64,000 nt of DNA from the human T2T-CHM13v2.0 reference genome, Homo sapiens: the NCBI RefSeq assembly GCF_009914755.1, contig NC_060933.1; one strand, written 5' to 3'. The translations under genes were made by a program, and so were the position numbers. Positions 1 through 20,955 of the stretch are shown here, one piece after another. Each line of letters begins with the position of its first letter. Position 1 is the first letter of the stretch. Under the pieces are notes generated by a model that was not told where the DNA came from, made no database searches, and saw nothing but the letters and a program-made list of their open reading frames with translations.

Positions 1-2169
1 GCTTTGATCTAAAGGCAAATCTAATTGCATTAAATAAAGATCATATAAAACTGCTAACAACAGTGTTGGTGAAATGGGCAGCTTAAGGAAGGGAAGAAGA
101 AAAAAAGAAATTCACCAAATCCAAAACAAAAAAAAACCCAAAAACCAAAACAAAAAAACGACAAATGGAACTCCAAATGAATGGCGTATTTATGCCACCT
201 ACTGGATTCTTGTTGCACTGCTTAGTTGTGCCCTAATTTCCAGGGTTCTTTCTTGTCCTCTGACAATCCACAAATCTACCAGTCTTTTTAATACCCAACT
301 GGACTTCCTTCCTTCCTTAAAGTTCCAGAACTGTTAATTGATGTGTACTGGGCACATCTGGAAATCAACTCATTCTGCAAGTCCTTGCTCAAGGCTCCTC
401 CTCTGCAAAACCCTACCTGACCCACTGAGGTGCAGGATCAACCCCTCCTTCGGCCAAGTCTTTCTCCTCAGTTGCCAGCTCACCTAACCTTGTGTCGTGA
501 GGGCTGGTGTGTCTGTCTCCCGCTTAGCGTGTAAGTACCTAAGTGCACATTGCTTCTTCCTACCTGCTTTGTACCTGGAGTGTCATAAGGATGGTGTTAA
601 TTCAGTCAGACCTTGTTCAAGTGCTACAATTAATTCTATCCTCACAATCCTATGAGTAGAGATTATCATGCCTGTTTCACAGATAAGGAAACCAAGGCAC
701 AGAAGGGTTAAGGAACTTCACCAAAGTCACCAAGGTAGAAATGGCAGGGCAGTCTTCAGGCCAGGCAGTCCAGCTCCCTGTGTCCTTCGTTGCTATGCTC
801 CCAGCCACTTGATGAAAACTGAGGTATCCTCTGTGTTTCATTTATGAAACTGGCCCTGTGTTCACCTGTCACAGACGGCCACCATCCTAGGCTGTAGTGC
901 TGCCCTCCAGGTCCCCTGTGCCCTCTTCTCCACTCTGCTCTGTGTCCCAAAATCTGGCCTCTATGGACTGCATCAACAGGCCCCTTGTCCTCTAGCTTTA
1001 GTTTGCGTGTGGTCATAAAAGGTACCCTTAAAAGTAGGAGGGTAGGACAAGGGCAAGGAAGGAGTCTTTCTTTCCCTGGTTTTCTCCCTGCTGGGTGACC
1101 AGAGGTTGGCTGCAGGTCTCTGCTGAAGCCAAGGCCTCTGCCAGATGGCATTCTCCAAAGCTTCAGCCCCTTTCTTGGGTTCCTAGGACTATTCCTTGTC
1201 CCTTCAGGTGTCGGATGGTGGTGGCTCCCTTTGTTGCCATCCCCGGGGAGGCCTGTTGCTATCCCATGTTGGTTTCCCTTAACCTTCCTCAAACTTCTGT
1301 AAATTATCTCTTTATTAAATTCTCCTCCATTCCCCACCTAAGGGTACCACCCTCCTCCTGTCAGTAGCCTAACTCACATAGCCTCCAAATACTTTACCCA
1401 CCTGCTGAAATTCCTCCCCCCTGCTCAAATCCCACCACTCAGTTTTTGGGAGTTACAGATATCCTTTGCTGAAAGGCAAATGCTAGGAATCCCAAGCCAA
1501 TAATAACTATTTATCAGATTGCTTTCCAACCCTGATTCAGGAGGAATAAGTTTTATACTGGGTAATAGGAACAAGGGAGCAGGCCAGGAGTGGAAGAGAA
1601 GGGGAATGAGAGGTGAGATGGCCCCAAGGACAAAATTCGCATAGATACTAAGAACACTTCCAGAGGATGCTATCCTCTGCAGTGGCTGCAGCCTGGGAGC
1701 TGTGTGGGGAACAGAGATGAGTACGATTCACAGCTCTGCTACTTAAAAGTTGACAGCTGTTAACTTCTCAGAGCCTCTCTTAATTTATAAAAGGTGAACA
1801 ACAGTAGTATATGCTTCATAGGGTTGTTCTGAGGATTAAACAAATAATGCAGGCAAAATGCTTACTGCAGTGACCATCCAAGCCAACATGGTGAAACCCT
1901 GTCTCTACTAAAAATACAAAAAAATTAGCTGGGCGTGGGCGTGGTGGCTTGTGCCTGTCGTCCCAGCTACTAGGGAGGCTGAGACAGAAGAATCGCTTGA
2001 ACCGGGGAGCAGAGGTTGCAGTGAGCTGAGATTGTGCCACTGCACTCCAGCCTGGTGACAGAGAGATTCCGTCTCAAAAACAAACAAACAAACAAAATAA
2101 CCATCACAATGACCATTTAGTTCCCATTTAGTACAATCCTTTACAGGTTATAAGATAATGCTGCTCTGC

Positions 2170-2172
<3 letters not shown>

Positions 2173-2208
<36 letters not shown>

Positions 2209-3651
2209 TGTGTGGTGTGTGTGGTGTGTGTGGTGTGTGTGGTGTGTGTGTGTGTGTGTGGTGTGTGGTGTGTGTGGTGTGTGTGTGTGGTGTGTGTGCT
2301 GTGTGTGTGTGGTGTGTGTGTGTGGTGTGTGTGGTGTGTGTGTGGTGTGTGGTGTGTGTGTGTCTGGTGTGTGTGGTGTGTGTGTGTGTGGTGTGTGTGG
2401 TGTGTGTGTGTGGTGTGTGTGTGTGTGTGGTGTGTGTGGTGTGTGTGTGTGGTGTGTGCGGTGTGTGGTGTGTGGTGTGTGTGTGTGTGGTGTATGTGTG
2501 GTGTGTGTGTGTGTGGTGTGTGGTGTGTGTGGTGTGTGTGTGGTGTGTGGTGTGTGTGTGGTGTGTGTGGTGTGTGTGTGTGGTGTGTGTGGTGTGTGTG
2601 TGGTGTGTGTGTGTGGGTGTGTGTGTGTGTGTGGTGTGTGTGTGGTGTGTGTGTGGTGTGTGTGGTGTGTGTGTGTGGTGTGTGGTGTGTGTGTGTGGTG
2701 TGTGTGTGTGGTGTGTGTGGTGTGTGTGTGTGGTGTGTGTGGTGTGTGTGTGTGGTGTGTGTGTGTGGTGTGTGTGGTGTGTGTGTGGTGTGTGTGGTGT
2801 GTGTGGTGTGTGCGTGTGTGTGTGGTATGCGTGTGTGCGTGTGTGGTGTGTGGTGTGTGGTGTGTGTGTGTGGTGTGTGTTTGTGTGCGTGTGTGCGTGT
2901 GTGTGGTGTGTGTGTGGTGTGTGGTGTGTGTGTGGTGTGTGTTTGTGTGCGTGTGTGTGTGGTGTGCGTGTGTGTGTGGTGTGTGGTGTGTGTGTGTGGT
3001 GTGTGTGTGGTGTGTGTGTGTGTTTGTGTGGTGTGTGGTGTATGTGTGTGTGTGTGTGGTGTGTGTGGTGTGTGTGTGGTGTGTGTGTGTGGTGTGTGGT
3101 GTGTGTGTGTGGTGTGTGTTTGTGTGTGTGTGGTGTGTGTGTGTGGTGTGTGGTGTGTGGGTGTGTGTGGTGTGTGTGTGGTGTGTGTGTGGTGTGTGTG
3201 GTGTGTGTGGTGTGTGTGTGGTGTGTGTGTGGGGGGGTGTGTGTGTGTGTGGTGTGTGTGTGGTGTGTGTGTGTGTGGTGTGTGTGGTGTGTGTGGTGTG
3301 TGTGGTGTGTGTGTGTGGTGTGTGTGTGTGTGTGTGTGTGGTGTGTGTGGTGTGTGTGTGTGTGGTGTGTGTGTGGTGTGTGTGTGTGGTGTGTGTGTGT
3401 GTGGTGTGTGGTGTGTGTGGTGTGTGGTGTGTGTGTGTGTGTGGTGTGTGTGTGTGTGTGGTGTGTGTGGTGTGTGGTGTGTGTGTGTGTGGTGTGTGTG
3501 TGTGTGGTGTGTGTGTGGTGTGTGTGTGTGTGGTGTGTGTGTGTGTGTGGTGTGTGTGGTGTGTGTGGTGTGTGGTGTGTGTGTGGTGTGTGTGTGTGGT
3601 GTGTGTGTGTGTGTGGTATGTGTGTGGTGTGTGGTGTGTGTGTGTGTGTGT
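2173..3651. repeat. 1.48 kb complex (GT)n/GGT microsatellite-minisatellite
   Basis: Almost pure G+T strand made of G(GT)n units, with rare GCGT/TTTG/TATG variants. Confidence 0.98.
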
Positions 3652-3908
3652 TTTCTTTGTTTCTCCTTTAGGCCATGAATTCTCAGAAGCTAAAACTGGT
3701 TCTTGGGGGGCCAAGAAATCCTAGATATTACAATGGTGTGTAGCCCTCCAAAGTCAAATTCCACCTGACAAATTCTTCTTCTTTAATATTTCTCTCACTA
3801 GGGAGAAATTAAATTATATATATGTTATAATTTCCTATTATGGAACTTAATTTGTTTAACTTTAGTCTAAATTTATTAAATTACCATAAATTTTCTCCTT
3901 AGAAAGTG

Positions 3909-4477
<569 letters not shown>

Positions 4478-5203
4478 GAGTAAAAATTAATAATATCAAA
4501 AAACGTGAGAAACACTGCTTTAGGCCCTTTTGCAGAACATATTAGAACTATCTCTAGCAATAAAAGGAAAGGTGTCTCACGCCTGTAATCCCAGAACTTT
4601 GGGAGGCTGAGGCAGGAGGATTCCTTGAGCCTAGGAGTTTGAGATCAGCCTAGGCATGTAGTGAGACCACGCCTCTACAAAAAAATTTTTTTAATTAGCT
4701 GGGTATGGTGGTGTGCACTTGTAGCTGCAGCTATTCAGGAGGCTTAGATGGGAGGATCACTTGAGCCTAGGAAGTCGAGGCTGCAGTGAGCCACAGTTGC
4801 AGCACTGCACTCCAGCCTGGTCAACAGAGCAAGACCCTGTCTCTCAAAAATAAATAAATACACGCATAAAAATAAAGGGAAAGGTACGGCGCAGTGTTTT
4901 CATTGACTAGGTAGGTTTTTCAACTCTGTTTGCTGTTTCACCTTTAATTTTATGAATGATGAGAGGAGTTAGTGTTCGATTTAGCCAATCTTTAAAAAAA
5001 TTGTGGCCATTAAATTGTAGTAACTCAATATTGAAAGTAATTTCCATAGAAATTTGTTTTGTTGTCAATAGCTGTAGCACTAACACTGCATTACTCAATT
5101 TCTGACAGCAAAACCAGCACACTCCACCCACAAGAACCTTATTACAGCTCTGATGAAACCAGTTATATTTATGATGATGACCTGCAGTTAAATCTACCGC
5201 TAG

Positions 5204-5530
<327 letters not shown>

Positions 5531-7809
5531 TAAGCAGAAGTAGCTGGGACTACAGGTGCACACCACCACACCCGGCTAGTTTTTGTATTTTATTAGAGAC
5601 TGGATTTCACCATGTTGGCCAGGCTGGTTTCCAACTCCTGGCCTCAAGTGATCTGCCCGACTGAGCCTCTCAAAGTGCTGGAATCACAGGCATGAGGCAC
5701 TGCGCCCAGCCTTATGACTCTTTAAAATATATGACCTGGGCAGGTAGCCAGGCACCTCAGAGCCTTGCTAACTTCATCCTGAAAGTGGAGATGATGATGC
5801 CCGGCTGCCCAGCTCAAGGAAAACAATCAGTGAGCCGCCACATGCCACCGCATGGCAGGTAATATTATAATGAATCAAAAGCTTCAGTATTTTCTGCATA
5901 AGTTTATGACTAATGAGAAACTGCACACAGGCTGTTCCTTCCACTGTTTGTTCTTCTGCATGCTATTGGCCTGACTAACCCGGCCCATCCTTCTGATCTC
6001 TGCATAGAGCTGCTTCCTCTGAGAAGCCTTTCTTGATGCTCCTTGATTTCCCTTCCCTACCAACCCCAGGTTATAGTCTTTCACCACGCTCTTTAATGGA
6101 CTTGCATTCCTAACACACTTCATAATCTGTACGTATACATCTCTTTCTGTGATTATCTGTAAAATGGAATGGAAGTACCACAGAGCCAGGCCCTCATTCC
6201 ATGTTCCCAGCTATAGCCCTGTGTCCAGCACACGGCTTGGCACTCAGTGGGTGTTCAACAAATATTTTTACTAAGAGTTAGTAAACATGTCTGCCCCTTC
6301 TAAATCTCACCACCCACACATTTGAAGAGAAAATATGGAGTTTCTTTTCTCTTCCTAATTTTTCGAAAAGGACCCTTTTTTTTAAAAAAAAAAAAAAAGA
6401 AAGAAAGAAAATCGAGGAAAGCAAGCTTAACCTCTGTTCACACATTGCCACATTTTCTTATCAAACTTCTAGAGACTTTATAAATGGAAAAGTGATACTC
6501 AAGAAACTGCCCTCCATATAATAATTTGCAAAAGTTGGGACTGGGTTCCCAGAAGCCCCTCCCTTTAATGAAATCACAGTGACCTGCTGCCTGACAATCT
6601 TGTCCCTTTCCCTAACCTACCAAGGACCTGCCTGGGCCTGACTTTTGAATCTCGTCCTTATCTTTCATTTCTTCCCTATTTTCCACTAAAGCTCCCCTGT
6701 CTTAGATGTGTCGTATCGGTTAAGGGAAGGAATCTGGCGTCAGTGCAAAATGAAAATATGATAAGCAAATATATTTTCATGGAATAATATGTTATCCCTT
6801 GGGAACAGCATGGATATTCATTCAATCATTATTTAGGATTAAGCAATCAATCTGTATACAATACAATGTTGGGTATTGAAGAAAATGTAAAGACATAAAA
6901 ATGTGGTTTTTGGCAGATTTCCATTTCCAACAAAACAGCAAGGTAGATACTTTGAACCACTCCCCAAAACAAAAGACCTATACATTATGAATAAAATATC
7001 GTAAATATCCTATAAATACATGGTTGATCTCACAAGAAATGAAGGAAATCCCCAGAGGTCAAACACAAAGAAGCAGCTAAAAAACTGAAGGTAAGAGAAT
7101 GGACACTTTGGATACCCTAGTGTGGGTTGCACCTGTTTTAGTGATGAAGGGACTTGGGTTTTAAGGGCCTCACAGGGCCAGGAGACAAGGCCTTTGGCTT
7201 CTCCTAAAAATGAGTTCGAATTGATAACCAACACAAAGCTGGGGCTTTCAAAGGGATACATCCTGAATGAAAGAGTGGACTAGAAAATCACACCCATTGG
7301 CCAAGAAGGATGATGAGGGACCTTGTCTGCCTAGGCCTTGGCTTTGGATGCATGGGACAAGATATGGGGAAGACATCTTCCATGAGACTTTGTAACCACA
7401 AACCTATCTTCACAGAGTTTTAGGGCTGGAACTACCTGTGAGGGCTGAGATATTAATGTCAAGAAGTGGTTATGGGCTGTTAACACCCTCAGGAGTAGCT
7501 GGCAGAAGCAAATGCAAAATTTTTCTGGAGGACCATCCCCTCAACCTAGATTTCCTTTCTCACAAATAAAGCTTCACAGACCATGAGCCCAGAAGCCCAC
7601 ATTTTAAAATGCATGCAAAAAGAAAACTTGATTCCAACCATCTTAGAGTTGGATAATCATTCAGAATCAATCAGAAAGAGTAGGCCTAGATTCACATTCA
7701 ATGAAACGTTATGGGCCTGGCGTGGTGGCTCACACCTGTAATCTTAGCACTTTGGGAAGCCAAGGCGAGTGGATCACTTGAGGTCAGGAGTTCAACACCA
7801 GCCTGGTCA

Positions 7810-8064
<255 letters not shown>

Positions 8065-8249
8065 TCACCAAGGATTTTGCACTACTAACGCTTCATCCCA
8101 AAACATATAACTATCAAAGGTAGAAATTGTAGGTACCCTAGAGAGCTACGAAAAAAACTTTTGGCAGGGCGCGGTGGCTCACGCCTATAATCCCAGCACT
8201 TTGGGAGGTCAAGGCGGATAGATCAACCGAGGTCAGGAGTTCGAGACTA

Positions 8250-8501
<252 letters not shown>

Positions 8502-8971
8502 TTAAGACTTGTTGATCCCACAGCTAGCTCCCAGCAAGTAGCTGAGAATCAGGAGGCTTATACTCGTGCATTCAGATGAGGCTCACAGAATTCTGGAGCC
8601 AGAAATGTAAGTATTACCCACCATGGAGTGAGTATATCATCATGATTGAGCATACTTGCACTATCATTTCAGACTGCCTGGGTTACAACCCTTACTTCAT
8701 CCCTTTACATATCCTCTCAGTCCTCAGTTGCCCCATCTTTAACACAATGATAATAACAGTGCTTACTCCAGAGGTTGGGTATCATGATTAAGTGAGATTT
8801 GTTCATTTAAAGAGTTCAGCCAAGTGCCAGTTTAATAAATATTAGCCATTCTTATTCTCATTATAAACTGATTACCAGATTTAAATTATTTTTCATGAGA
8901 TGTGCATTCAAATATTACCTCAAAAAGCATTCAGAAAGCTAGTTCTAAACCAACAACACATAGAAATGTCA

Positions 8972-9112
<141 letters not shown>

Positions 9113-9379
9113 TTAACTGGGCATGGTGCTGTGCACCTATAGTCCTAGCTACTCAAGAGGCTAAGACAGGAGGATTCCTTAAGCCAAGGAGTTTGAGGCT
9201 GCAGTGAGCTGTAATCACAGCACTGTACTCCAGCCGGGGTGACAAAGACCCTGTCTCAAAAAAAAAAAGAAACAGCTCCTAAAGCAATCAATTTATCCTT
9301 TCCTCTCCAACTGTATATTCAGCAAAACCAGGTCTTCCTTTGGGTTAGGCAGAGTTCTTAGCTAGAATATTCAAAAACA

Positions 9380-12507
<3,128 letters not shown>

Positions 12508-12539
<32 letters not shown>

Positions 12540-12580
12540 TATAGATAGATAGATAGATAGATATAGATAGATATATATAT
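12508..12580. repeat. Compound A(n)-(AT)n-(AGAT)n microsatellite derived from an Alu tail
   Basis: A poly-A run passes into TA and then GATA units directly after the Alu 3' end. Confidence 0.9.
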
Positions 12581-15217
12581 CAAACAAAAAAATATACTCC
12601 TTGCTTTCCTTTTCTTTAATTTTTATAGATTCTGTTTTGCTAGAGTTAATGAAAAGGCTTTTCCCTCATAACCTCTGGCTAATTCTGTCCCATTCCAAGT
12701 GTTTATTTCTCTTACAAAAAAAAAAAACAAAAAAAAACCCTAAGGCTTATTTCCCCTTTTCTAGGTACCTACGCTTGGAAGTGCCAGCACTATTACGTTT
12801 CACTCTGAACAGGTGACCGCCTCCCTACCGACCCTTCTTCCCTGCCTCCTATCCTCCTTGCCTTGGCCCTTTTCTCCAGTTAGGAGGGGGCCTTTCTAGC
12901 TGGTTCCTCTATCCATGGCTTCCTGGTTCTTGACTGTTTGCCATGTGCCAGGCACTTGTGTTAGGCTCTTTTTTCACTTGTGGTGAATAAAGCACACCGG
13001 CTTTCGCAGGGCTTCAAGAAAAGGTAACAAATGCCAAGAGCCAATTTGCAGGTAGAAAAGGTAGAGGTGAAGATCGGGGACAGTGGTGGGGTAGTGTTTG
13101 TTTTTGCCTGCTTCTGGATTTCCTGAATAGAGCTGTGTGACCTCTCCCTCTCTGGGATTTATATGATCCTTTTCCAATTTTCCCTTCTTGAAGCGTCCTT
13201 TACTATCTATTTTCCCCGGTTTCCTGTTGGTTTCTTTCTTAGCCTGATGAATTATACTTTTAACTCCTATGCTTCCTCTTTCACCCACAACCAGCCCAAA
13301 TTTAAATACTGAAAAGAAAAATAAATCACAGGCTAATGCTAACCTTTTATAGCTTTCAGCTTCTGCTACAGAATGATAAAGTGGGCTAAAATGTCATTTC
13401 TAATCCAGCTACAGAACCAGCAAATATTTTGAAGTCCCTGATGGGGCATAAGTGTAGATGCCTTACCCAGTAAATTACCTGGCAGGGGGTAGAATGTATC
13501 TTTTGCATTTTGTTTAGCAAAAGGATTGTTACCATTGTCCCATCTGCAGTGAGAATTTAGAGCACATTCAGAATTCTTTAATCTGGAAACTGGCCCTGGG
13601 ATGTGCAACAGAGGGATTCCATCCGACTGGAGGAGAGCAGATTCTCTGCAGAGCAATGTGTTCGCTGTGCTAGCACAGTGCCTTCCTGCCAGAGTACACT
13701 GTGACTTGAACCTTTAGGAATGAAATATTGAGATACTAATTATGCAATTTGCAAAACCACTTAAGTTGCTTGCAAAAGAACCACGTTTGTTTTTTGTTTT
13801 TTCTTTGAGCAAAGACTTAAATTTAGCAAAAACAAAAAACATAATTGATGAGAAGGAGTAAGCGGAAGACTTCCGGTGTGCTGTAAACAGTCGGTATCAT
13901 AATCTCAGTGGCAGTTATATGGATACATACAAATGTAAAAACTGATGGGGAGAACACTTAAGATTCTTGCACTTTATGTGTATTATACTTCTTTTTTTTT
14001 GAGATGGAGTCTCATTTTGTCGCCCAGGCTGGCGTACAGTGGTACAATCTCCACCTACTGGGTTCAAGTGATTCTCGTGCCTCAGCCTCCTGAGTAGCTG
14101 GGATTACAGGTGTATGCTACCTCACCCAGCTAATTTTGTATTTTTAGTAGAGACAGGCTTTCACCATGTTGGCCAGGCTGGTCTTGAACTCCTGACCTCA
14201 GGTGATTCGCCTGCCTCGGCCTCCCAAAGTGCTGGGATTACAGGTGTGAGCCACTGCTCCTGGCCTTATACTTCATTATAAAAATTTAAAAACAGATGGA
14301 TGGTGGTGGTGGTTGTGCAACCACATGAATGTATTTAATGCCACTGAACTGTACATTTTAAAAAAGGTTAAAGTGGAACATTTTATGTATATTTTACCAT
14401 GATAAAAAATTGAAAGACACATACTTAATTGAGTACAGCTCACTATCATATATTAAGGGATGCTACTGGTCGGGTGCAGTGGCTCATGCCTGTAATCCCA
14501 ACACTTTGGGAGGCTGAGGCAGGTAGGCTTCTTGAGCTGAGGGGTTTGAGACCAGCTTACGCAACATGGCAAAACCCTGTCTCCACTAAAAATACAAAAA
14601 CTAGCTGGGTGTGGTGGAGCATACCTGTCTCAAAATTTTTTTTAAAAAGTGAAAAATAAATAAATAAATAAATAAAAAACTTGACCCTAATGATGGAAAA
14701 GTTAACATTATAAGTAGATGGAAAAAACACCTCTCTGCCTGGAACATTTGCCTTGGCTCTTCACTTATTTTCCCAAGTTGCTTCCCTCCCAAGGTCTATA
14801 ATCTCTACTAGAAAATGGAATAGTATTGGACAGTGTGCCTCCTGTCCCAGCCTCCTCATGACCCGCACCTGACCCAACCCTCTCATACTCTCCCCTGCAT
14901 GCATGACTTCCAGGGTTGGGGGAAGCTGAACAAAGGCCTAGGGTTCAAGGGGAGGGCAGGGTGCAGGCAGGGCAGAGAGGAGGGAAAGGCCCTGCAAGGA
15001 TCTCTGCTCTCCTCCTATCTCTGGCTTCCCCCTGCCTCTCCTCCCCCAGCCTGAGGCAGGGGGCAAATTGTAGACTTTTAGTCAGGAAAGAGACCCTAGG
15101 TCATCATTTCATTTCAGTTTTAAATGAGGCAAACAAAGTACAGAGAAGTGAAAGAGCTTTTCCAAGGTCACAAAGTCAGCTGGAGGCAGAGCCAGGACTA
15201 AAGTTTAGGCCCTCTGA

Positions 15218-15980
<763 letters not shown>

Positions 15981-16345
15981 TAGCACTTTACTGAGTTTTA
16001 ATTCACATGTCTTAAAATTTACCCATTCAAAATGTACAATTCAATGAGTTTTAGTATACTGAGTGTTATGCAACCATGTCAATTTTCAAACACTCTCACC
16101 ACCTCAAAAAGGAACCCTGTACTCATTAGTGGTCACTCCCCATTTCCCCTCAACCCCTAACCCTACGAAACCATCAATCTATAGATTTGCCTTTTCTGCA
16201 CATTTTGTATTAGTGGACTCATATAATATGTGGGTTTTTGTGACTGGCTTTTTCCACTTAGCGTAATGTCTTCAAGTTTTATCCATGCCATAGCCCTCCA
16301 GATTATTCAATTGCTCTTGTCAAGGTAAGTGGAATAAAGGGGCAG

Positions 16346-16426
16346 AGAGAAGAATAAGAAAGAGAAAAATAAGAAAGAGAAGAATAAGAAAGAGAAGAAT
16401 GAGAAAGAGAAGAATGAGAAAGAGAA
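16346..16426. repeat. 15-bp purine-rich tandem repeat (AGAGAAGAATRAGAA) x ~5.4
   Basis: Units start at 16346, 16361, 16376, 16391, 16406 and 16421 (partial). Confidence 0.93.
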
Positions 16427-18663
16427 TTCTGAGGGCTACGACACAACAGCACAATGAGATGATGGCAGGAATAAATTCCCTTCTATGTACCATGTACCTA
16501 AGCAATCTATTAATATTCATTGTCTTATTTAATTTAATCCTCATAGTCTAGGAGCACTACCATCCCCTATTTAGATGAGAAAAACTAAAAAGGAATTTGA
16601 TAGGTTTTCCAAGGGAATTCAAGTCATAAGGAGTAGAACAAAGATGGGAATTCAAGTTTGCCTGGCCCCAAAGCCCACTGTCTTCCTTTCATTAGACTGG
16701 TCCACTTTTTGGGCTATCAGATTCTGACAGTGGGTGGTTTCACACCCATGAGTGGTGGTGACTTCTGGTTAGTCAAAAAGAGTGATGATTTTAAATCATT
16801 ATACTTCCCTAGCCCAAAATCTCCTCATTCATCATCCTCACATTCCTCATTGCAATACTGTTTCCAAGAGCCAAGGAAGAACAAGACCTACAAGACCAAT
16901 GTAAAGGACTGGATAAAGTGTGGCACATCCATGCAGTGGATTCAGCGGTCAAATAGGTTGAAAAAGATCCTTCTGGACTGATAGGGAATAATCTTGATAT
17001 ACACAGTGAACAAAAGCCACATACAGAACAGTATGTATACTATGCCACCATGTGTATAAAAAATGTGGAGAGGAAGTGGAAAGTAACACACATACATATG
17101 TTTTTACTTGTGTATGCACACAGTAACTCTGCAAGAAATCTCAGAAAATGTAAAACCGGCCAGGTGCAGTGGCTCACGCCTGTAATCCCAACACTTACGG
17201 AGGCCGAGGCAGACAGATCATCTGAGGTCAGGAGTTCAAGACCAGCCTGGCCAACAGGGTGAAACCCCATCTCTACTAAAAATACAAAAATTAGCTGAGC
17301 ATGGTTGTGCGTGCCTGTAATCCCAGCTACTCAGGAGGCTGAGGCAGGAGAATCACTTGAACCAGGAGGCAGAGGTTGCGGTGAGCCGAGATTGTGCCAC
17401 TGAGCTCTGGCCTAGGTGACAGAGCAAGACGCTGTCTAAAAAAATAATAATAATAAATAAATAAATTTAATGAGCCCCTTAGGGATAACAGGTTTTGGTC
17501 TTGGTGCTGGGGATACAGATAGGAACCAAGCCAAATAGAAAAGATGGGAAAGACTTTCGTAGGCGTCACACATCTTGTTGTTTTGTTTTGAGAGAGGGGC
17601 TCACTCTGACACCCAGGCTGGAGTGCAGTGGCACAATCATAGCTCACTATAACCTCAAACTCCTGGGCTCAAGTGATCTTCCTCCTTCAGCCTCCCTGTA
17701 GCTGGGACTACAGGTGTGCACCACCACACCCAGCTAATTACAGCCCCTTGTTTCCTGTATCCAAAAGACAGTTCCTTTGACACCAGTAATAACTCCTCTA
17801 TGAACAGAAATCTTGCACTTCTCTCCTGATTTTTCTATAGCATTTAGAACTGGTCTGCACCACACTTAACAATTACTTACCTGCCCCTTTGTTTCGTTTG
17901 CTGTGGCTTCAAGAGTGCTCAGTGTAGATCACCCACACTCAGTTGTTGTCACCGTTCACACAATTGTCTAAGATCATCCCAGGACCTAAGAAATATCCCT
18001 CTTCTCCCTTCCCACTACCCACTTGTTCCCACTGCCACCATCTGAGGAACAAGAGATAAGCAATGGGACCTTCCTAGGATGTGGTTAAAAGTGTGAATCT
18101 GTCCTAGGTTCACATTTGGGAGGCCAGAGGTGGGAGGATTGCTTGAGGCCAGGAGTTCTAGACCAGCCTGGGCAATCTAGCAATACCTTGTCTCTACAAA
18201 AAATAGAAAATTGAAAGAAAATTAGCCATGCATGGTGGCACATGCACACCACTGCACTCAAGCTTGGACAACAGAACAAGACAGTTTCTTAAAAACAAAA
18301 CAAACAAAACAGTGAACCTGGGTCCGACTGCTCTTCCCCTTTTTTCAGATTGGGCAAATCAGTCAGCCTCTGTACACCCCAGATTCCACAAGTCTAAAGT
18401 GGGGATAATGACATGACTTCTGTCAATGGCTGTTGTGATAACTAAATAAATTAATATATAGGCCACATAAGTAAATAAATTAATATACAGGCCTGGTACA
18501 GTGGCTCATGCCCCTAATCCCAGCACTTTGGGAGGCAAGGGCAGGAGAATCATTTGAATCAGAGTTCAAGACCAGCCTGGGCAACATAGGGAGACCCCAT
18601 CTCTACAGAAAAAAAAAAAATTAGTCAGGCATGGTGGCACATACCTATAGACCCAGCTACTCA

Positions 18664-18762
<99 letters not shown>

Positions 18763-19341
18763 CTATCTCAAAAAAATAAAATAAAAATAAAAATGAATAC
18801 ACAAAGCACTTATAACAGTGTTAGGCATATAGAAAGCAATATGTGGATTTTGTTAATGATCGCTATTATCTTTAGTCATTCCTTCCCCCACCTACCACCC
18901 CTTTCCATCAAGTTCAGCCAAACATAACATGTCTCCATTTCTGGAATACATCATGCACCTGCCTGCTTGGCTGACTAGGTTTCTTGTCTTCCCTGTCTGC
19001 CTGGTAAGGCTGGACTCTCTGCATAACTCCCCCCCAACTTTCCCAGGTGAAATTAGCTGCTCCCTCCTCAAAGTGCCATTGTCCTATTTAACTTACATGG
19101 CCACCTTTCCTGGTAATCATGAGATCTGCAATGGCAGGGTCTACGCCCTGTTCATCGGCTAAGCCAGCAGGGGCCTGGGAAAGGCGGACTGTCTGAGGGG
19201 CAAGGACAGGATGACCATTTTAGACTATGCCTGCCATTTATAAGACTTTGGACATACCTCCAAGTGTTAGACCCTTTTGACTTATCTTCATTTAAAAAAT
19301 CATACTGGGGGTCTAAAAAAAAGAAAAAGGAAAGTTTACAG

Positions 19342-20200
<859 letters not shown>

Positions 20201-20525
20201 GTATAAAGGATCTTTTTTTCTACTGCTTTTCAATTGTTGTTTGTTTATTTTAGAGACAGGGTCTCACTCTGTCACCCACGCTGGAGTGCAGTAGCTCAAT
20301 CGTAGCTCACTGCAGCCTGGACTTCCAGGGCTCAAGCGATCCTCTCGCCTCTGGACTATAGTCATGTACCACCATGCCCACGCCCACGCCCAGCATTTTT
20401 TTTTTTTTTTTTTTTTTTTTTTTGGTAGAGACGGTTCTTGCATGCTGAGTTGCCCGGGCTTTTCTTTTCTTTTTTTTTTTTTTTGGCAGAGTCTCGCTCT
20501 GTGGCCCAGAGCTGGAGTGCAGTAG

Positions 20526-20955
<430 letters not shown>

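Noticed and set aside
756-1367. 193-aa minus-strand ORF and overlapping ORFs
   Set aside because: No recognisable homology or exon structure; partly overlaps a MIR-like remnant.
2128-3724. Four ~500-aa ORFs (His/Thr-rich or Val/Cys-rich)
   Set aside because: A by-product of the stop-free GT/GGT repeat. No promoter, splice or domain evidence.
6870-7640. Possible very old L1 5' region
   Set aside because: Too degenerate to assign by eye.
18443-18493. 22-bp near-direct repeat taaataaattaatataYaggcc at an Alu 5' edge
   Set aside because: A small local duplication in repeat-derived AT-rich DNA with no functional implication.
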